The notes beneath the pieces are model-generated. The model saw only the letters and a list, made by a program, of their open reading frames with translations, did not search any database and was not told where the DNA came from. The position numbers and the translations under genes were made by a program. Shown here piece by piece: positions 49,377 through 59,643 of a DNA stretch of 64,000 nt (positions are counted from its first letter, which is position 1; every line of letters starts with the position of its first letter). The stretch spans positions 8,356 through 72,355 of the forward strand of contig JACQFI010000070.1 of the NCBI GenBank assembly GCA_016200135.1, given 5' to 3'. This stretch comes from Planctomycetota bacterium (GTDB taxonomy: Bacteria; Planctomycetota; SZUA-567; H5-PLA8).

Positions 49377-51923
49377 TTAGCGTCCCGGCGGGCGGCGCGG
49401 AGGCGGCCGCGTGCCCGGGCCGGGACCCGTGCCTGGGCCAGGACCTTGCCCCGAGTCGGGGCCTTCGGTTTGCGTGCCGGCCTGAGTTCCTTCCTGCAAG
49501 CCGCGGCGCGCATCCTGGATGCCTTGGGTGGCCATGGGATCGCCGGGCTTTTCCTGGAGCGCCGCCTGGAAGTAGCCGATGGCGTCCTGGAATTTCTGGG
49601 CCTCCATCGCCGCATGCGCGTTCTGCATCGCTTTCTGATAGCCCTGCTCTACTACGGTGCCCTGCGACATCTGCAGGCCGTTGCTGATGCGGTTGGTCTG
49701 CTCGCCATTGGTATCCAGCGCTTGGGCTTCCTTATAGAGCCGCTTCGCGGCCGGGTAGTCTTTCTGCGCCAGGGCCGCATCGGCTTCCTTCAGCTTCGCG
49801 TCCAAAGCGGCTTTAGCTTTGAGCTGCGTCTTGGCGTGCGTGAGCAATTTCTCGGCCTCATCCCCGAGTTCCCGCTTCTTGGCCATGCCTTCGAGCAGGG
49901 CGACCACCTTCGCCCAATCCCCGGCCTTGCGCGCTTCCATTACCTGCGCCATCACGAACCGGGGACCGTCGGGCGCGTTCGCTTCGGCTTCGGCTTTTTT
50001 CAAAGCGGCCACTTCAGCATTCACCTTCTTGATGCCATCGGAGGCGGCCGCGTCGCCGGGCTTCTCTTTCAACGCGCTTTCGTAGGCGGATTTTGCGCCT
50101 TCGAAGTTGTGGCTTCCGAACGAGCGCTCGGCGTCGTCCAGCGCCGTGCGGTAACGCTGCTCGGCGGCGGGATCGAGCGCCACCGACGCCGTGGCTACGC
50201 CCACGGCAGGCGTCTTTCCACTTAACGCCGCCCTGCGCTGCTCGAGAGTGGGATTCAGGGCGGAAAGAAGGTCCGCGTAGCCTTTGGCCGGGTCCGCACG
50301 GCCGATCTGTTCCGCATCGTCGTACTTCGCGAGCGCCGCCGCGGTTTGGGTTCTGCCCAATTCAGCCGCAGCGGCGAGCGCCTGGTCGAAATTCTTCTGC
50401 CGTTGGGAGAGATCGGCGGCGCGGCCTTTGAGCTGATCGAGGAGAGCCGTAATGGGTTGCAAGTCCGCCACGCTGCGAGACGCGTTTTCCTGCATGAACG
50501 TGTCCAGCGTGCGCCGGGCCGCGTCCACTTTGGCGGCATCGCCGCCGGTCAGCGCCGGCTTCGCGCTGTTGAGCGCGTTCTCTCTTGCTTCTTCAAAAGC
50601 GCCGTCGCCGCTGGTGCGGAGGGCCATGAAAATGCCGCCGCCGATCAGCGCCAGCGCGCCCAGGAGCAGGATTGGCGTCCAGGGACTGCCGCCGCGGGGC
50701 TTGAGGGCCGCGCGTGGCGCAGGCGCGGGCGTAATGCGCGTGGGCAAGGGCGCCGGCTGAGTTCGCGCGACCGTCGCCACGCCGCTACCGGGAACCGCGG
50801 GCCGTTCGGCGGGTACGCGGAGGCGGTCGCTGAGCACGGTCGGCGCAAACGCGGCCTGCGTGGCCGTCACGGTGGGCGCCTTCATGGAGGTCCGCAGGAT
50901 TTCGAGGCTGCCCTTGAGCGCATCCAGCAGGGCTCGCGCATCCTGGAAGCGCTGCGAGATGTCCTTCTGCAGGCAGCGCTCTACCAGGTTCGCCGTCGGC
51001 GTGGTGACTTCGGGCCGGAGCTTCTGCAGCGGCACGTGCTTGCCTTGCACGGTCTCGAGAATCACGACGGTCGTGGTCTTGCCGATGAAGGGCGGGTGCC
51101 CACAGAGCATGGCGTAAAGCGTCGCGCCCATGCTGAAGACGTCGCCGGGCTTGCGGACCGTCTTCGCGTCCATGGCTTGTTCGGGCGACATGTACCCCGG
51201 CGTGCCCATGGCCGTCTGGGCGCCCGTCAGGGACTGGCCCGATTCTTCACCGCGCGCCAGGCCCAGGTCGGCGAGCTTGGCCTGCGCATACACGAGCTGG
51301 CCGCTCTGCTTCGAGCGCGGGACCATGATGTTCTCGGGCTTGATGTCCCGGTGAACCACGTTCTCGTCGTGGGCCGCGAGCAGCCCTTCGGTGGCCGCGA
51401 TGCAGATCTCGAGGGCGGTGGCTTCGTTGAGGCCCTGCGCGCCCGAGGTCATCGCCTCCTTGACGCACGAGCCCGCCGTCACGCCGTTGACGAACTCCAT
51501 GACCAGATAAAAGAGGCCGGCTTCTTCGTTCACGTCCAGCACGCCGACGAGATGGGGCGACTTCACTTTCGCGGCGAGCTGCGCTTCGCGGAAGAAGCGG
51601 TTGACCATATCGGGGTTCTGCGCCACCAGCGGGTAGGGCAGGACCTTCACCGCCACTTCCTGCTGCAAGCGCGGATGCACGCCGTAGTAGACCGCGCCCA
51701 TGCCGCCTTGGCCGAGCTTAGAGAGCATCGGGATGCCGCCCAGGCTCGGCACTTCCCGGCCGCCGTGCTGCATGCGCGGGGCCTGCGTCAGCAGGCGGTC
51801 GGAGGCGATGTTCTCCGGCGCGAGCGCGGGCTTGCGGACCACCGTGGGCGCCCCGGCCGGATGCGTCTCGGCACTGGGGTCCGCGGCGGGGTGGCTTTGA
51901 GGAACGGTTGGGTTCGGATCCAT
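49377..51923 (-). CDS. Ser/Thr protein kinase (Hanks-type) with a TM helix, an extracytoplasmic coiled-coil/TPR-like region and a Gly/Pro-rich C-terminus
   Basis: GQGGMGAVYYG, VAVK, HRDIKPENIMV, DLGLAR, GTPGYMSPE. TM ILLLGALALIGGGIFMAL. The start at MDPNPTV is preferred over the ORF's 51995. Confidence 0.85.
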   Translation of the reverse strand: MDPNPTVPQSHPAADPSAETHPAGAPTVVRKPALAPENIASDRLLTQAPRMQHGGREVPSLGGIPMLSKLGQGGMGAVYYGVHPRLQQEVAVKVLPYPLVAQNPDMVNRFFREAQLAAKVKSPHLVGVLDVNEEAGLFYLVMEFVNGVTAGSCVKEAMTSGAQGLNEATALEICIAATEGLLAAHDENVVHRDIKPENIMVPRSKQSGQLVYAQAKLADLGLARGEESGQSLTGAQTAMGTPGYMSPEQAMDAKTVRKPGDVFSMGATLYAMLCGHPPFIGKTTTVVILETVQGKHVPLQKLRPEVTTPTANLVERCLQKDISQRFQDARALLDALKGSLEILRTSMKAPTVTATQAAFAPTVLSDRLRVPAERPAVPGSGVATVARTQPAPLPTRITPAPAPRAALKPRGGSPWTPILLLGALALIGGGIFMALRTSGDGAFEEARENALNSAKPALTGGDAAKVDAARRTLDTFMQENASRSVADLQPITALLDQLKGRAADLSQRQKNFDQALAAAAELGRTQTAAALAKYDDAEQIGRADPAKGYADLLSALNPTLEQRRAALSGKTPAVGVATASVALDPAAEQRYRTALDDAERSFGSHNFEGAKSAYESALKEKPGDAAASDGIKKVNAEVAALKKAEAEANAPDGPRFVMAQVMEARKAGDWAKVVALLEGMAKKRELGDEAEKLLTHAKTQLKAKAALDAKLKEADAALAQKDYPAAKRLYKEAQALDTNGEQTNRISNGLQMSQGTVVEQGYQKAMQNAHAAMEAQKFQDAIGYFQAALQEKPGDPMATQGIQDARRGLQEGTQAGTQTEGPDSGQGPGPGTGPGPGTRPPPRRPPGR

Positions 51924-52038
51924 AACGGTGGAGACTATACCGTTAGTGAGGTGCAATTGGCAATGGGAAGCTGAGCCGGAAGCGCGCTCCGGCACGAGTG
52001 CATCAGCCCATTATTAGGCGGTATTTCCCTCGGCCTGC

Positions 52039-54015
52039 CTACGAAGTGAAAACAGGCAGCGCGTAATCGCGTTTGGGCACTCGTTCCGACCCAATGTCGG
52101 TGCGGTGGATGCGAAACCAGAATCCCCAGGCCTTGCCGCCGTTGGTGTCCATAAGCACACAGGCTTCGTGCCGGCCGGCGTTCAAGATGGTCTCCACATT
52201 CTTGGTATCGGCGACGGCGGGATTGGTGCCGTTCAGGTCGCGGAAGCGCTCCTCGCCGTCCACCGCGAAGCGGAACGGGCCGTCGTAACCCAGCAGGAGC
52301 TTGAGGGGCATCGCCTCGGCGCACTCGAAGGCAAAATGGAAGGCGGCCCAGCCGGGTTTTCCTTCCCAGCGCGCATGCTCGCTCATGAAGCCGTTGGATG
52401 GCCCGCTTGAGACGCGGTGCGCCGGGAAGGCGTCGCGCGCCGGAAAAGGCATGCTTGCGACGCCGTCCGCAGGCAACGGCTGGAGCGCGGTGGCGTCGCA
52501 CGCGGGCAGGAAGGGCGTGATGGCCCGCAGGCCCTTGCCGAAATAGAGCGGCCCGAAGGCGGGAAGCGCCGCGCCGCGGCCGTCGTAGAGATTGCAGTGC
52601 GGGTTGACGCCGGGGCCGTAGAGCACCGCGGCGGCGTTGTTGATGGTATTGGGTTCGCAGTAGATGACGGCGGCGTCCTTTTCGAGGTTCACGCGGAAGT
52701 AGGATTGGCGGATGGCGCCGTCCATGTCCAGCAGCGCGAAGCCCGAGGGCAGGCCCTGCGAACGCAGGCCCCCCACCAGGTTCTTGAAGCGCACGCGCAC
52801 AAGGTTCGAGCGCGTGCCCCTGAGCGTTGGTCCCGCGATGACTTCCGCAGCCAAGGGTTCGGGCTCGGGGCGTTCCTTCTTATCCCCCAGCGCCAGCCGC
52901 GCAGCCGGGCGCGCGAGCCGCTTGGCAAGTTCGGCTAAACCGTCGGAGCCGACGTGAATCGCATCGTCGAGCGGCAAGTCGATGGCCGGGACGACCGCAA
53001 GGTTCGGGATGCTCCGCGGCAGGAGCCGTTCGTATTCGCGGATGGCTTCCCACCAGCGGCCCGAATCGGGTCCCGCCACGGTGTAGCGTCCGATCTGCAC
53101 GAGCAGAAAGGGCAGTTTGGGCAGCCGGAGGTCCGCGCGCAGCGCCGCGACGAATGCCTGCATCTTCTCCGTGTAGATCCGCGAGGCCGTCTCGCTGCAG
53201 TCGGATTCGCCCTGGTACCAGAGCACGCCCGAGACGGGCTGGCCGGTTTTGCTCCAGAGGCTCAGCATGGAATAGTAGAGCGAGTTGCCGCCCTCGGTTT
53301 TCTTCAGCGGGTCCCACTGTGCCATGCTCGTGCCGCCGTGCGCGGTGGCGATCAGCCCTTGCGGGACGCCGCGTGTGCGCTTCAGCATCTCAAGCGCGAA
53401 GAAGACGCCCACGCCGACGCCTTTGCCGCCTTTAAGCGCCTCTTTGCGCGCCTCGGCGTAGGTTTTCGGGCTGCCGCCGGAATGCACGGCGTCGGGCGAG
53501 ATAGAGAGGAGATGCAGCGGATCTTCCGCGCGGCGCCACGCGCCGTCCATGTGCAGGCAGCGCACGAGCGGGTGCGGCTTGGGCGCGCCCGCGAGGTTCC
53601 CGATGCCCTGCATGTTGCTCTGCCCGGCCATGAGCCAGACATCGCCCACGAAGAGTTCGTCGATCTGCACGGACGCTTTACCCACCGTCAGCGTCAGCTT
53701 GTAGGGGCCGCCGGTGGGGATGCCTTTGAGTTGAACCGTAAAGCGTCCGCCCGCGGCCGAGCCCACTTTGAGGTCCTTCCAGCGCGGGAGCGGCTTGCCC
53801 TTTGCCGTGAGGCGCGCGACGACCGGGCCTGCGGCGGCACATTCACCTTCTACGGCGGCCGCCGCCGCGTTCTTGACGCGCTGGAGCACCTGGCCCGACG
53901 CAAGGCCGGACACGATACGCATGGGTTGCGCCTCCACAGTTGAGTTGGTTGGTCTTGGACGAAGGCGTAAGTCTGACCCGGCCCCGGCGGAAGGCAACCG
54001 CAGGATTCGGCTCAT
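52039..54015 (-). CDS. Sialate O-acetylesterase (SASA/DUF303 SGNH-hydrolase) family protein
   Basis: LMAGQSNMQG active-site motif plus the WYQGESD second block. An alternative start lies at MRIVSG (53922). Confidence 0.8.
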   Translation of the reverse strand: MSRILRLPSAGAGSDLRLRPRPTNSTVEAQPMRIVSGLASGQVLQRVKNAAAAAVEGECAAAGPVVARLTAKGKPLPRWKDLKVGSAAGGRFTVQLKGIPTGGPYKLTLTVGKASVQIDELFVGDVWLMAGQSNMQGIGNLAGAPKPHPLVRCLHMDGAWRRAEDPLHLLSISPDAVHSGGSPKTYAEARKEALKGGKGVGVGVFFALEMLKRTRGVPQGLIATAHGGTSMAQWDPLKKTEGGNSLYYSMLSLWSKTGQPVSGVLWYQGESDCSETASRIYTEKMQAFVAALRADLRLPKLPFLLVQIGRYTVAGPDSGRWWEAIREYERLLPRSIPNLAVVPAIDLPLDDAIHVGSDGLAELAKRLARPAARLALGDKKERPEPEPLAAEVIAGPTLRGTRSNLVRVRFKNLVGGLRSQGLPSGFALLDMDGAIRQSYFRVNLEKDAAVIYCEPNTINNAAAVLYGPGVNPHCNLYDGRGAALPAFGPLYFGKGLRAITPFLPACDATALQPLPADGVASMPFPARDAFPAHRVSSGPSNGFMSEHARWEGKPGWAAFHFAFECAEAMPLKLLLGYDGPFRFAVDGEERFRDLNGTNPAVADTKNVETILNAGRHEACVLMDTNGGKAWGFWFRIHRTDIGSERVPKRDYALPVFTS

Positions 54016-54033
54016 GAAGGTGAGGATACCGCG

Positions 54034-55122
54034 TCAGGTCGTAAGGTTCTTCACGCTGCCCGCATCGTGCCACTCGGTAGGAACGCGGATGCGAATCGGG
54101 GGCGACTTGGGCTGGTTCAAGAGGGGCGCGGCACGGCGGCCGAGGTCGGTGAAGTCGACGGCCGGACCCGAGTACCGCGCGGGCGCTCCTTTGGTGTTCA
54201 CGGTTACGACGCTCAACTGTTCCGGCACTTTCTTCCCATATTCGGTCGCCTCTTGCAGGACATACTCCGGGCTCGTCGTAATGACGGCGGTAAACGGCGA
54301 ACCGCGTCCGACCACGCGACGCAGGTTGGAGGACTGGCTGGCTTTGAAATTAGGCACCATATTGAAGGTCCAATCGCTGGCGATGGGCAGTCCGGCCTCG
54401 CGGCAGCCCTGCACGAATCCGGCATGGCGCTCGCGCGAATCCGGGTCGATGTCGCGCAGCGAGTACAGGATAAAGCGGATGAACGCGATGCGGCGGTGCC
54501 CCAGCGCCGCCAGGCGCTTGACCGTTTCCCGCATGGCTTCGATGTTGTCCACGCAGACCGAATGAATCTTGTGCTCGTTCGCCGGCGTGTCGGCAATGAC
54601 GACCGGCAGCGGCAGGCGCTCGTACTCGCGCAGCAGGTCCGGCTTGAAATGCCCCACGAGAATGATGCCTCGCAAGGGGTAGTCCAGGAAGCCGACGGGC
54701 AGGGCGGAACGGAAGCCGACACCATGCGCGAGCAACATGGGCGCGCCGATGTCGCCCACTCCTTGAAGCACGCCGGTCATGAGCGCCGTATGGTAGGGCG
54801 ACCAACGGCCCGACAGGGGATCTGCGCTGACGATCAGGACCACGCCGCGGCCGTCCATGGCCGGGTCGAAGGGCCGCATGGCAACCAGGCGTTTGCGAGG
54901 GTTTACCGCTATGCGCTGTTCTTTCTTCAGGATCTCGACGGCTTGCCGCACGGCGCTGAAGGAGGTCTTAAGGTCTGCCGCGAGCTGGCGCAGGGACGGC
55001 AACACATCGCCCGCGCGGCGGTTGGGCGAAGCGACCAGGTGGCGCAGTTCGTCGGCCGCGCGCCGGTGTTCGGCGCTGGGGCTGGGTGGCCTGCCGCGTC
55101 CGCGTTTCAGATGGGCGTTCAT
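54034..55122 (-). CDS. Transcriptional regulator with a GntR-type winged HTH fused to a LacI/PBP-like sugar-binding domain
   Basis: GDVLPSLRQLAADLKTSFSAVRQAVEIL (GntR HTH), then a periplasmic-binding-protein-like fold (VVLIVSAD...ILVGHF...VVIADT). Confidence 0.7.
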   Translation of the reverse strand: MNAHLKRGRGRPPSPSAEHRRAADELRHLVASPNRRAGDVLPSLRQLAADLKTSFSAVRQAVEILKKEQRIAVNPRKRLVAMRPFDPAMDGRGVVLIVSADPLSGRWSPYHTALMTGVLQGVGDIGAPMLLAHGVGFRSALPVGFLDYPLRGIILVGHFKPDLLREYERLPLPVVIADTPANEHKIHSVCVDNIEAMRETVKRLAALGHRRIAFIRFILYSLRDIDPDSRERHAGFVQGCREAGLPIASDWTFNMVPNFKASQSSNLRRVVGRGSPFTAVITTSPEYVLQEATEYGKKVPEQLSVVTVNTKGAPARYSGPAVDFTDLGRRAAPLLNQPKSPPIRIRVPTEWHDAGSVKNLTT

Positions 55123-55360
55123 GGGCGTCTTCCTGAAAGTAAGGTGACTGCTGCGCCTGTGCCCACGGCACCGGCGCTGCCTATTTTACAGCACGTAATC
55201 GCACATGCATGCACATTCCACAGCGGAATCCGCACTACCGAGTGTACTAAGTAGAGCAAGCGTGCCTCCCAGAGGCCTGCGGATATTTGCAAACGCTGTC
55301 GTCCTCGCCGGATCCGGCGGATTGCGCGGCGGTTCAAGCATACGAATAAAGGAGAAGGGC

Positions 55361-56929
55361 ATGGCGAGAACCGAGTCGATGCGCTTCATGGCTTGCGTGG
55401 CGGCCGTCAGCGCCTGTCTTATGGCGCTTCAGACCCTTCGCGCCGAGGTGCAGGAACCGTGGGTGACCACTGACCGAACCGTAGATTGCTCGTCGTACGA
55501 GACCATCCTGAAGGGCGTCCTCAAGGACGGCATGACCGACGAGCAGAAAGCGCTCACGTTGTACTGGTTCTTCCGCCAGCGCGTCTACCACTACATGAAC
55601 GTGCGGGAGAGCCGCGACCCGCTGGTGTGCGTGAACGTGCTCGGCAACACGCTCTGCGGTTCGCAGGGCACCTGCATGAAGGGCCTGCTGCTGGCCGCGG
55701 GCATCAAGGCGCGCGTGGTGAGCGGCCCCGGGCACACCTTTTACGAGGCCTTCTACGACGGACAATGGCACGGCTTCGATACGTTCATGAACTTCTACGT
55801 CATGACGCGCGGCGACAAGCCCCACGTGGCATCATTCCAGGAACTTGAGGCCGACCCCACGCTGATCTCTACCGCAGCCAAGGAGAACCGCTGTCCGCCG
55901 GGCATGGCGATGTGCGGCGACGACCCGCTGTTCTTCTCGAAGCACGTCGACGTCAGCGATTACGAGGTCATGAAGCTGGACTGGTCGGTGAAGAAGAATT
56001 CTCTGCGCAAGGGCGAGGAGTTGGTGCGGAGCTGGTGGCCGGGCGGCATGCCGCTGCCGGGCACCTATAACCCGAAGCTCGGCCCCGGGCCGCTGCATAC
56101 GTGCGGCTCGCACGACCGCGCCGATGCCCCGGAGATGTACAAGTTCTGGGAGCCGTACGGGATTCCCAAACTCGCCCCGAGCACCAGCGTGAGCTACCGG
56201 CATTATTTCAACGGCGTGATCAACTACGCGCCCAATCTGGCCACGGCCGACTACAAAGACGGCCTGGTCTCCGAGAGCGGCGTGAAGGCCGGCGCGGAAG
56301 GTCTGAGCGGAGCTGGAGAGCTGGTCGTTCCGGTGAAGTGCTCCTTCTATATCTCCGCGGGGCAGTGTCTCTTCGAGGCCACCTGTCCCGGCGAGGGCGA
56401 CGCAGTGACGCTCTCCGTGTCTCGCGATGGGACTCAGTGGACGGAAGTCGTGGCGGGCAAAGAGCCGGGGAAGAAGGTCTACGCGGGGTCCTTGAACGCC
56501 GTCGTGGTCAATTCCGAGGCGGGCCTGCACGCGTATCGGATCAAGTTCGCGCTGAAAGGCACGGCGGTGCTGAACCACTATCTGCTCCAGACATATTTCA
56601 CCCACAACGCCATGGCCGCGCCGCACCTGATGCCCGGCAAGAACCAGGTCACGGTAAGCGTCGCGAAGGCCGATACGCTCGCCGGTGCGGACCTCAAGGT
56701 CCTCTACCGTTACCGCGAAGCCCCGGGCTGGAACGGCGAGATCAAGACGCTCGAGAAAGAGATCAAGTCCAACCCGTTCACGTTCGAAGCGGCGCTGCCC
56801 GAAGGCGAAAAGCTGCCCCAGATGCTCGACCTTACGCTGCGCAGCGGAACCCTGGCCTGGACGGCGGAGAAAGCCTGGCCTGCGCCCATGCCCCCGGGCC
56901 TTACGGCCACGACGGCGGAGAAGAAGTAA
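55361..56929 (+). CDS. Secreted transglutaminase-like cysteine-protease-fold protein with a C-terminal beta-sandwich region
   Basis: Signal peptide MRFMACVAAVSACLMALQTLRA. Cys-His-Asp core: LCGSQGTCMKG, GHTFYEAFYDGQWHGFDTF. Confidence 0.65.
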   Translation: MARTESMRFMACVAAVSACLMALQTLRAEVQEPWVTTDRTVDCSSYETILKGVLKDGMTDEQKALTLYWFFRQRVYHYMNVRESRDPLVCVNVLGNTLCGSQGTCMKGLLLAAGIKARVVSGPGHTFYEAFYDGQWHGFDTFMNFYVMTRGDKPHVASFQELEADPTLISTAAKENRCPPGMAMCGDDPLFFSKHVDVSDYEVMKLDWSVKKNSLRKGEELVRSWWPGGMPLPGTYNPKLGPGPLHTCGSHDRADAPEMYKFWEPYGIPKLAPSTSVSYRHYFNGVINYAPNLATADYKDGLVSESGVKAGAEGLSGAGELVVPVKCSFYISAGQCLFEATCPGEGDAVTLSVSRDGTQWTEVVAGKEPGKKVYAGSLNAVVVNSEAGLHAYRIKFALKGTAVLNHYLLQTYFTHNAMAAPHLMPGKNQVTVSVAKADTLAGADLKVLYRYREAPGWNGEIKTLEKEIKSNPFTFEAALPEGEKLPQMLDLTLRSGTLAWTAEKAWPAPMPPGLTATTAEKK

Positions 56930-57096
56930 GGGTACTCCGCGCTGCGCGTTCGTCCGCGAGCACGTTCCGGTTCAGGCCCGCAGCAACGGACTATTATTAA
57001 GAACACAGAATCGCACAGAATTTGGGAACCGATGCAAGAAGGCGGCCGGATACGTGTATTCATCTATGTAATGCCATGTCGAATGGGGGTGGGACG

Positions 57097-58551
57097 ATGA
57101 GAAAAACCTTCATTCTCGCCTTATCCGTCCTATGGTTGGCCATTCCGCATGGAGTGTTTGCCGAATCCTATTATGTTTCGCCGAGTGGCGCGGACTCTAA
57201 CCCCGGCACCTCGCCTTCCCAACCCATCCTGTGGATCCAGACCGCCATCAACAAGAGCAAGGCCGGCGACACGATTTTCCTGCTGCCCGGGACACACAAG
57301 GTCAAGCCCGGCGACAAGAACATCACGTTCTCGGGCAAGAAAGGGAAAGAAGGCGCGCCCATTACGCTCACGACGGCCGGCGCGGGCGTGCTGGTCGATC
57401 TCTCCGGCGCCGAAGTCGGCTGGGGCGGCTTTCGCATCAGCGACGGTTCGGAATGGATCGTCGTGGACGGGGGCGGGGACCCCAATCCATTTGATGAATT
57501 CAGCTATCATCTCACCTTGATGAACGCCGGGTACGAATCCGCCACCGGCGATGGGCGCTCGGGGATCGTCTGCCGGCCGGTCACCATCCAGGGAGCGGCG
57601 CACATCACGGTGAGGAACCTCTTCGGCAAGCGTTCCATGGGCGGGATGGGCATCTTTGGCCAGGCGACGCGCAACATCCTGGTCGAGAAATGCCGGCTCC
57701 AGCCCGGCGAACACGCGCACGACGGCGGCGCGAGCCACGGGATTTACGTGGGCGCTGGCGCGGACGACGTGCTCATCAAGCACACTTTTATTCGCTGGGG
57801 CGGAGATGGACGGTTGGGCGTACAGAACAACCACGGCGGCGACAAGAATGTGGTGCTGGAGGAATGCTTCATTACCGAATGCCAGGGGGCGATCAAGGCC
57901 TTCAACGGCGGCGGCGTGAAGGTGAAGAACTGCTGGTTCTGGAACATCGACGAGAAACCGGGCCTGCAAGGGAACTATGCGGTGGACGGCCTTATCCGTA
58001 CGCCGCCCGCACCGGATTTCATCGCCAAACTGGGCACGGCCGCCGCCGCTTCCTCTGTGGCGAAGGACGCATCCGCCAAGCCCGGTGCCAGTTCTAGTGC
58101 GCAACCTTCAGCGCCCAAAACCGCCGCAGGGTCCTTAGGTGAAGGCCGTGCGCTCGCCGCCGCACAAACGCCGCCGCAACTGGACGCATCCGACAGCGTC
58201 GCGGCGCTGCAGAAACTGATCCAGACTGCGGGCACCAAAAATGGCCTCAAACTCAAACTGAAGATTTTCGGCTCGCTGGAGGATGTGGGTTTCGTGAGCG
58301 CCGGCCCCACCGGCGTCAAGGTGGACTTTAAAGGCAACACCATGCCCGTGCGCTGGAAGGACATCGAGAGCCAGGACCTGGCGCAGGCCGCCTACACGCT
58401 GATGACGGACGATCAGGAGGCCCTTTTCAACGCGGGACGCATTGCGGTGGCGGACCGCAACGAGCCCCTCTACGAAAAGATCTTCAACCGCCTGATGGAA
58501 GTCAGCTCCGCGCGCGGCATGAGCCTGGACGATCTGAAAGCGGGCCGCTAA
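57097..58551 (+). CDS. Secreted right-handed parallel beta-helix (pectate-lyase-fold) protein
   Basis: Signal peptide MRKTFILALSVLWLAIPHGVFA. Repeated G..I...N/H.V beta-helix rungs. A YYVSPSGADSNPGT start is typical of this family. Confidence 0.7.
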   Translation: MRKTFILALSVLWLAIPHGVFAESYYVSPSGADSNPGTSPSQPILWIQTAINKSKAGDTIFLLPGTHKVKPGDKNITFSGKKGKEGAPITLTTAGAGVLVDLSGAEVGWGGFRISDGSEWIVVDGGGDPNPFDEFSYHLTLMNAGYESATGDGRSGIVCRPVTIQGAAHITVRNLFGKRSMGGMGIFGQATRNILVEKCRLQPGEHAHDGGASHGIYVGAGADDVLIKHTFIRWGGDGRLGVQNNHGGDKNVVLEECFITECQGAIKAFNGGGVKVKNCWFWNIDEKPGLQGNYAVDGLIRTPPAPDFIAKLGTAAAASSVAKDASAKPGASSSAQPSAPKTAAGSLGEGRALAAAQTPPQLDASDSVAALQKLIQTAGTKNGLKLKLKIFGSLEDVGFVSAGPTGVKVDFKGNTMPVRWKDIESQDLAQAAYTLMTDDQEALFNAGRIAVADRNEPLYEKIFNRLMEVSSARGMSLDDLKAGR

Positions 58552-58643
58552 CGCAGGTAGCCGGGAGGCGCGCGCGCAGATGGCTCACGGCAGGCGGCCG
58601 CGAAGTTTGCGGTATTCCTAATGTGCGAAATATAAGAAATGTA

Positions 58644-58735
58644 TGGCGGAGAGGGAGGGATTCGAACCCTCGAGACCCCGAAGGGCCTACTAGTTTTCGA
58701 GACTAGCCCGATCGACCACTCTGGCACCTCTCCGC
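58644..58735 (-). tRNA. tRNA-Ser (anticodon CGA), CCA encoded
   Basis: The reverse complement reads GCGGAGAGGTGCCAGAGTGGTCGATCGGGCTAGTCTCGAAAACTAGTAGGCCCTTCGGGGTCTCGAGGGTTCGAATCCCTCCCTCTCCGCCA. It has a 7-bp acceptor stem, the anticodon loop CTCGAAA, a long variable arm and a GTTCGAATC T-loop. Confidence 0.9.
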
Positions 58736-58972
58736 GGTTTTATGCGGACCGGGTCCGCCAAGGCAGGTCCTCACTTATAGGCGCAGATAGACTCCGCGCA
58801 ACCGTCTTTGAGCACCGCCGGCAATACTTCGAAATGCGCCTATTCGCCGGCCCAAATGTTTTTAGTTCGCGGCTCCTGGCTCGCAGCAGCTGCTTACTGT
58901 CTCTTGACTCCGGGCTTCTGCCTTCGGACTCTGGCTGATCACTCTGTTGGGCGAAAGCCGCGTTTGGCGGTC

Positions 58973-59446
58973 TCAGTTCTCCCGCGCGCGATTGGCGCTG
59001 CGGTGGCGTTTGAGCAGGTCCAGGCAGGCGGATTCCATGATGCCGCCGTGCACTAGCAGCGAGCGCGTCGGGCCATAATTCGAGAGAATATTTTCCTGCG
59101 AGCCGCAGGCGCCCAAGCGCGCTTCCGGAGCGCCATAGACGAGCCGTCCGATGTTTTCATGCAAGAGCAGCGCGCCGGCGCACATCAGGCACGGCTCCTG
59201 GGTCGTGACCAGCACCAATTCCAGGTCGCCCGCTTTTGCATCGGTCACGAGGCCCGTCTCTTCCATAGAAGCCGCGAGCTGTGTGAGCGCGATCATGACG
59301 GCGTGCGCGGTGGGGTCGTTTAGGGCTGTGGTCTGGTGATGCGCTCGGCCGAGCACGTGGCCGCTCACGGGCTCGATAATCACCGCGCCGACGGGTTCTT
59401 CGCCTTCGTCCAGGGCCGCTTGGGCCTCCCGCAGCGCCAAACTCAT
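58973..59446 (-). CDS. tadA: tRNA-specific adenosine deaminase TadA
   Basis: HAE zinc ligand (TAHAVMIAL) and PCLMCAGAL motif. CDA-fold deaminase of about 155 aa. The start at MSLALRE is preferred. Confidence 0.85.
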   Translation of the reverse strand: MSLALREAQAALDEGEEPVGAVIIEPVSGHVLGRAHHQTTALNDPTAHAVMIALTQLAASMEETGLVTDAKAGDLELVLVTTQEPCLMCAGALLLHENIGRLVYGAPEARLGACGSQENILSNYGPTRSLLVHGGIMESACLDLLKRHRSANRAREN

Positions 59447-59643
59447 CCAGCGTTCTTCGGGGGAGGTTGCGAGGGGCAAGGTAGCTCCTTTAAGAGGATT
59501 GGGTAGTGAGACTACTACCGGTTGCGGGGGATTTTCGCAACACATTGGTCGGCATGCGGTTAAAATAAATGATTCGAGCGTGATAGGATTGTATTTGCTA
59601 CGTCTAACGCCTGGAATTGCATAACGTTGAGGTGGGTAGGACG

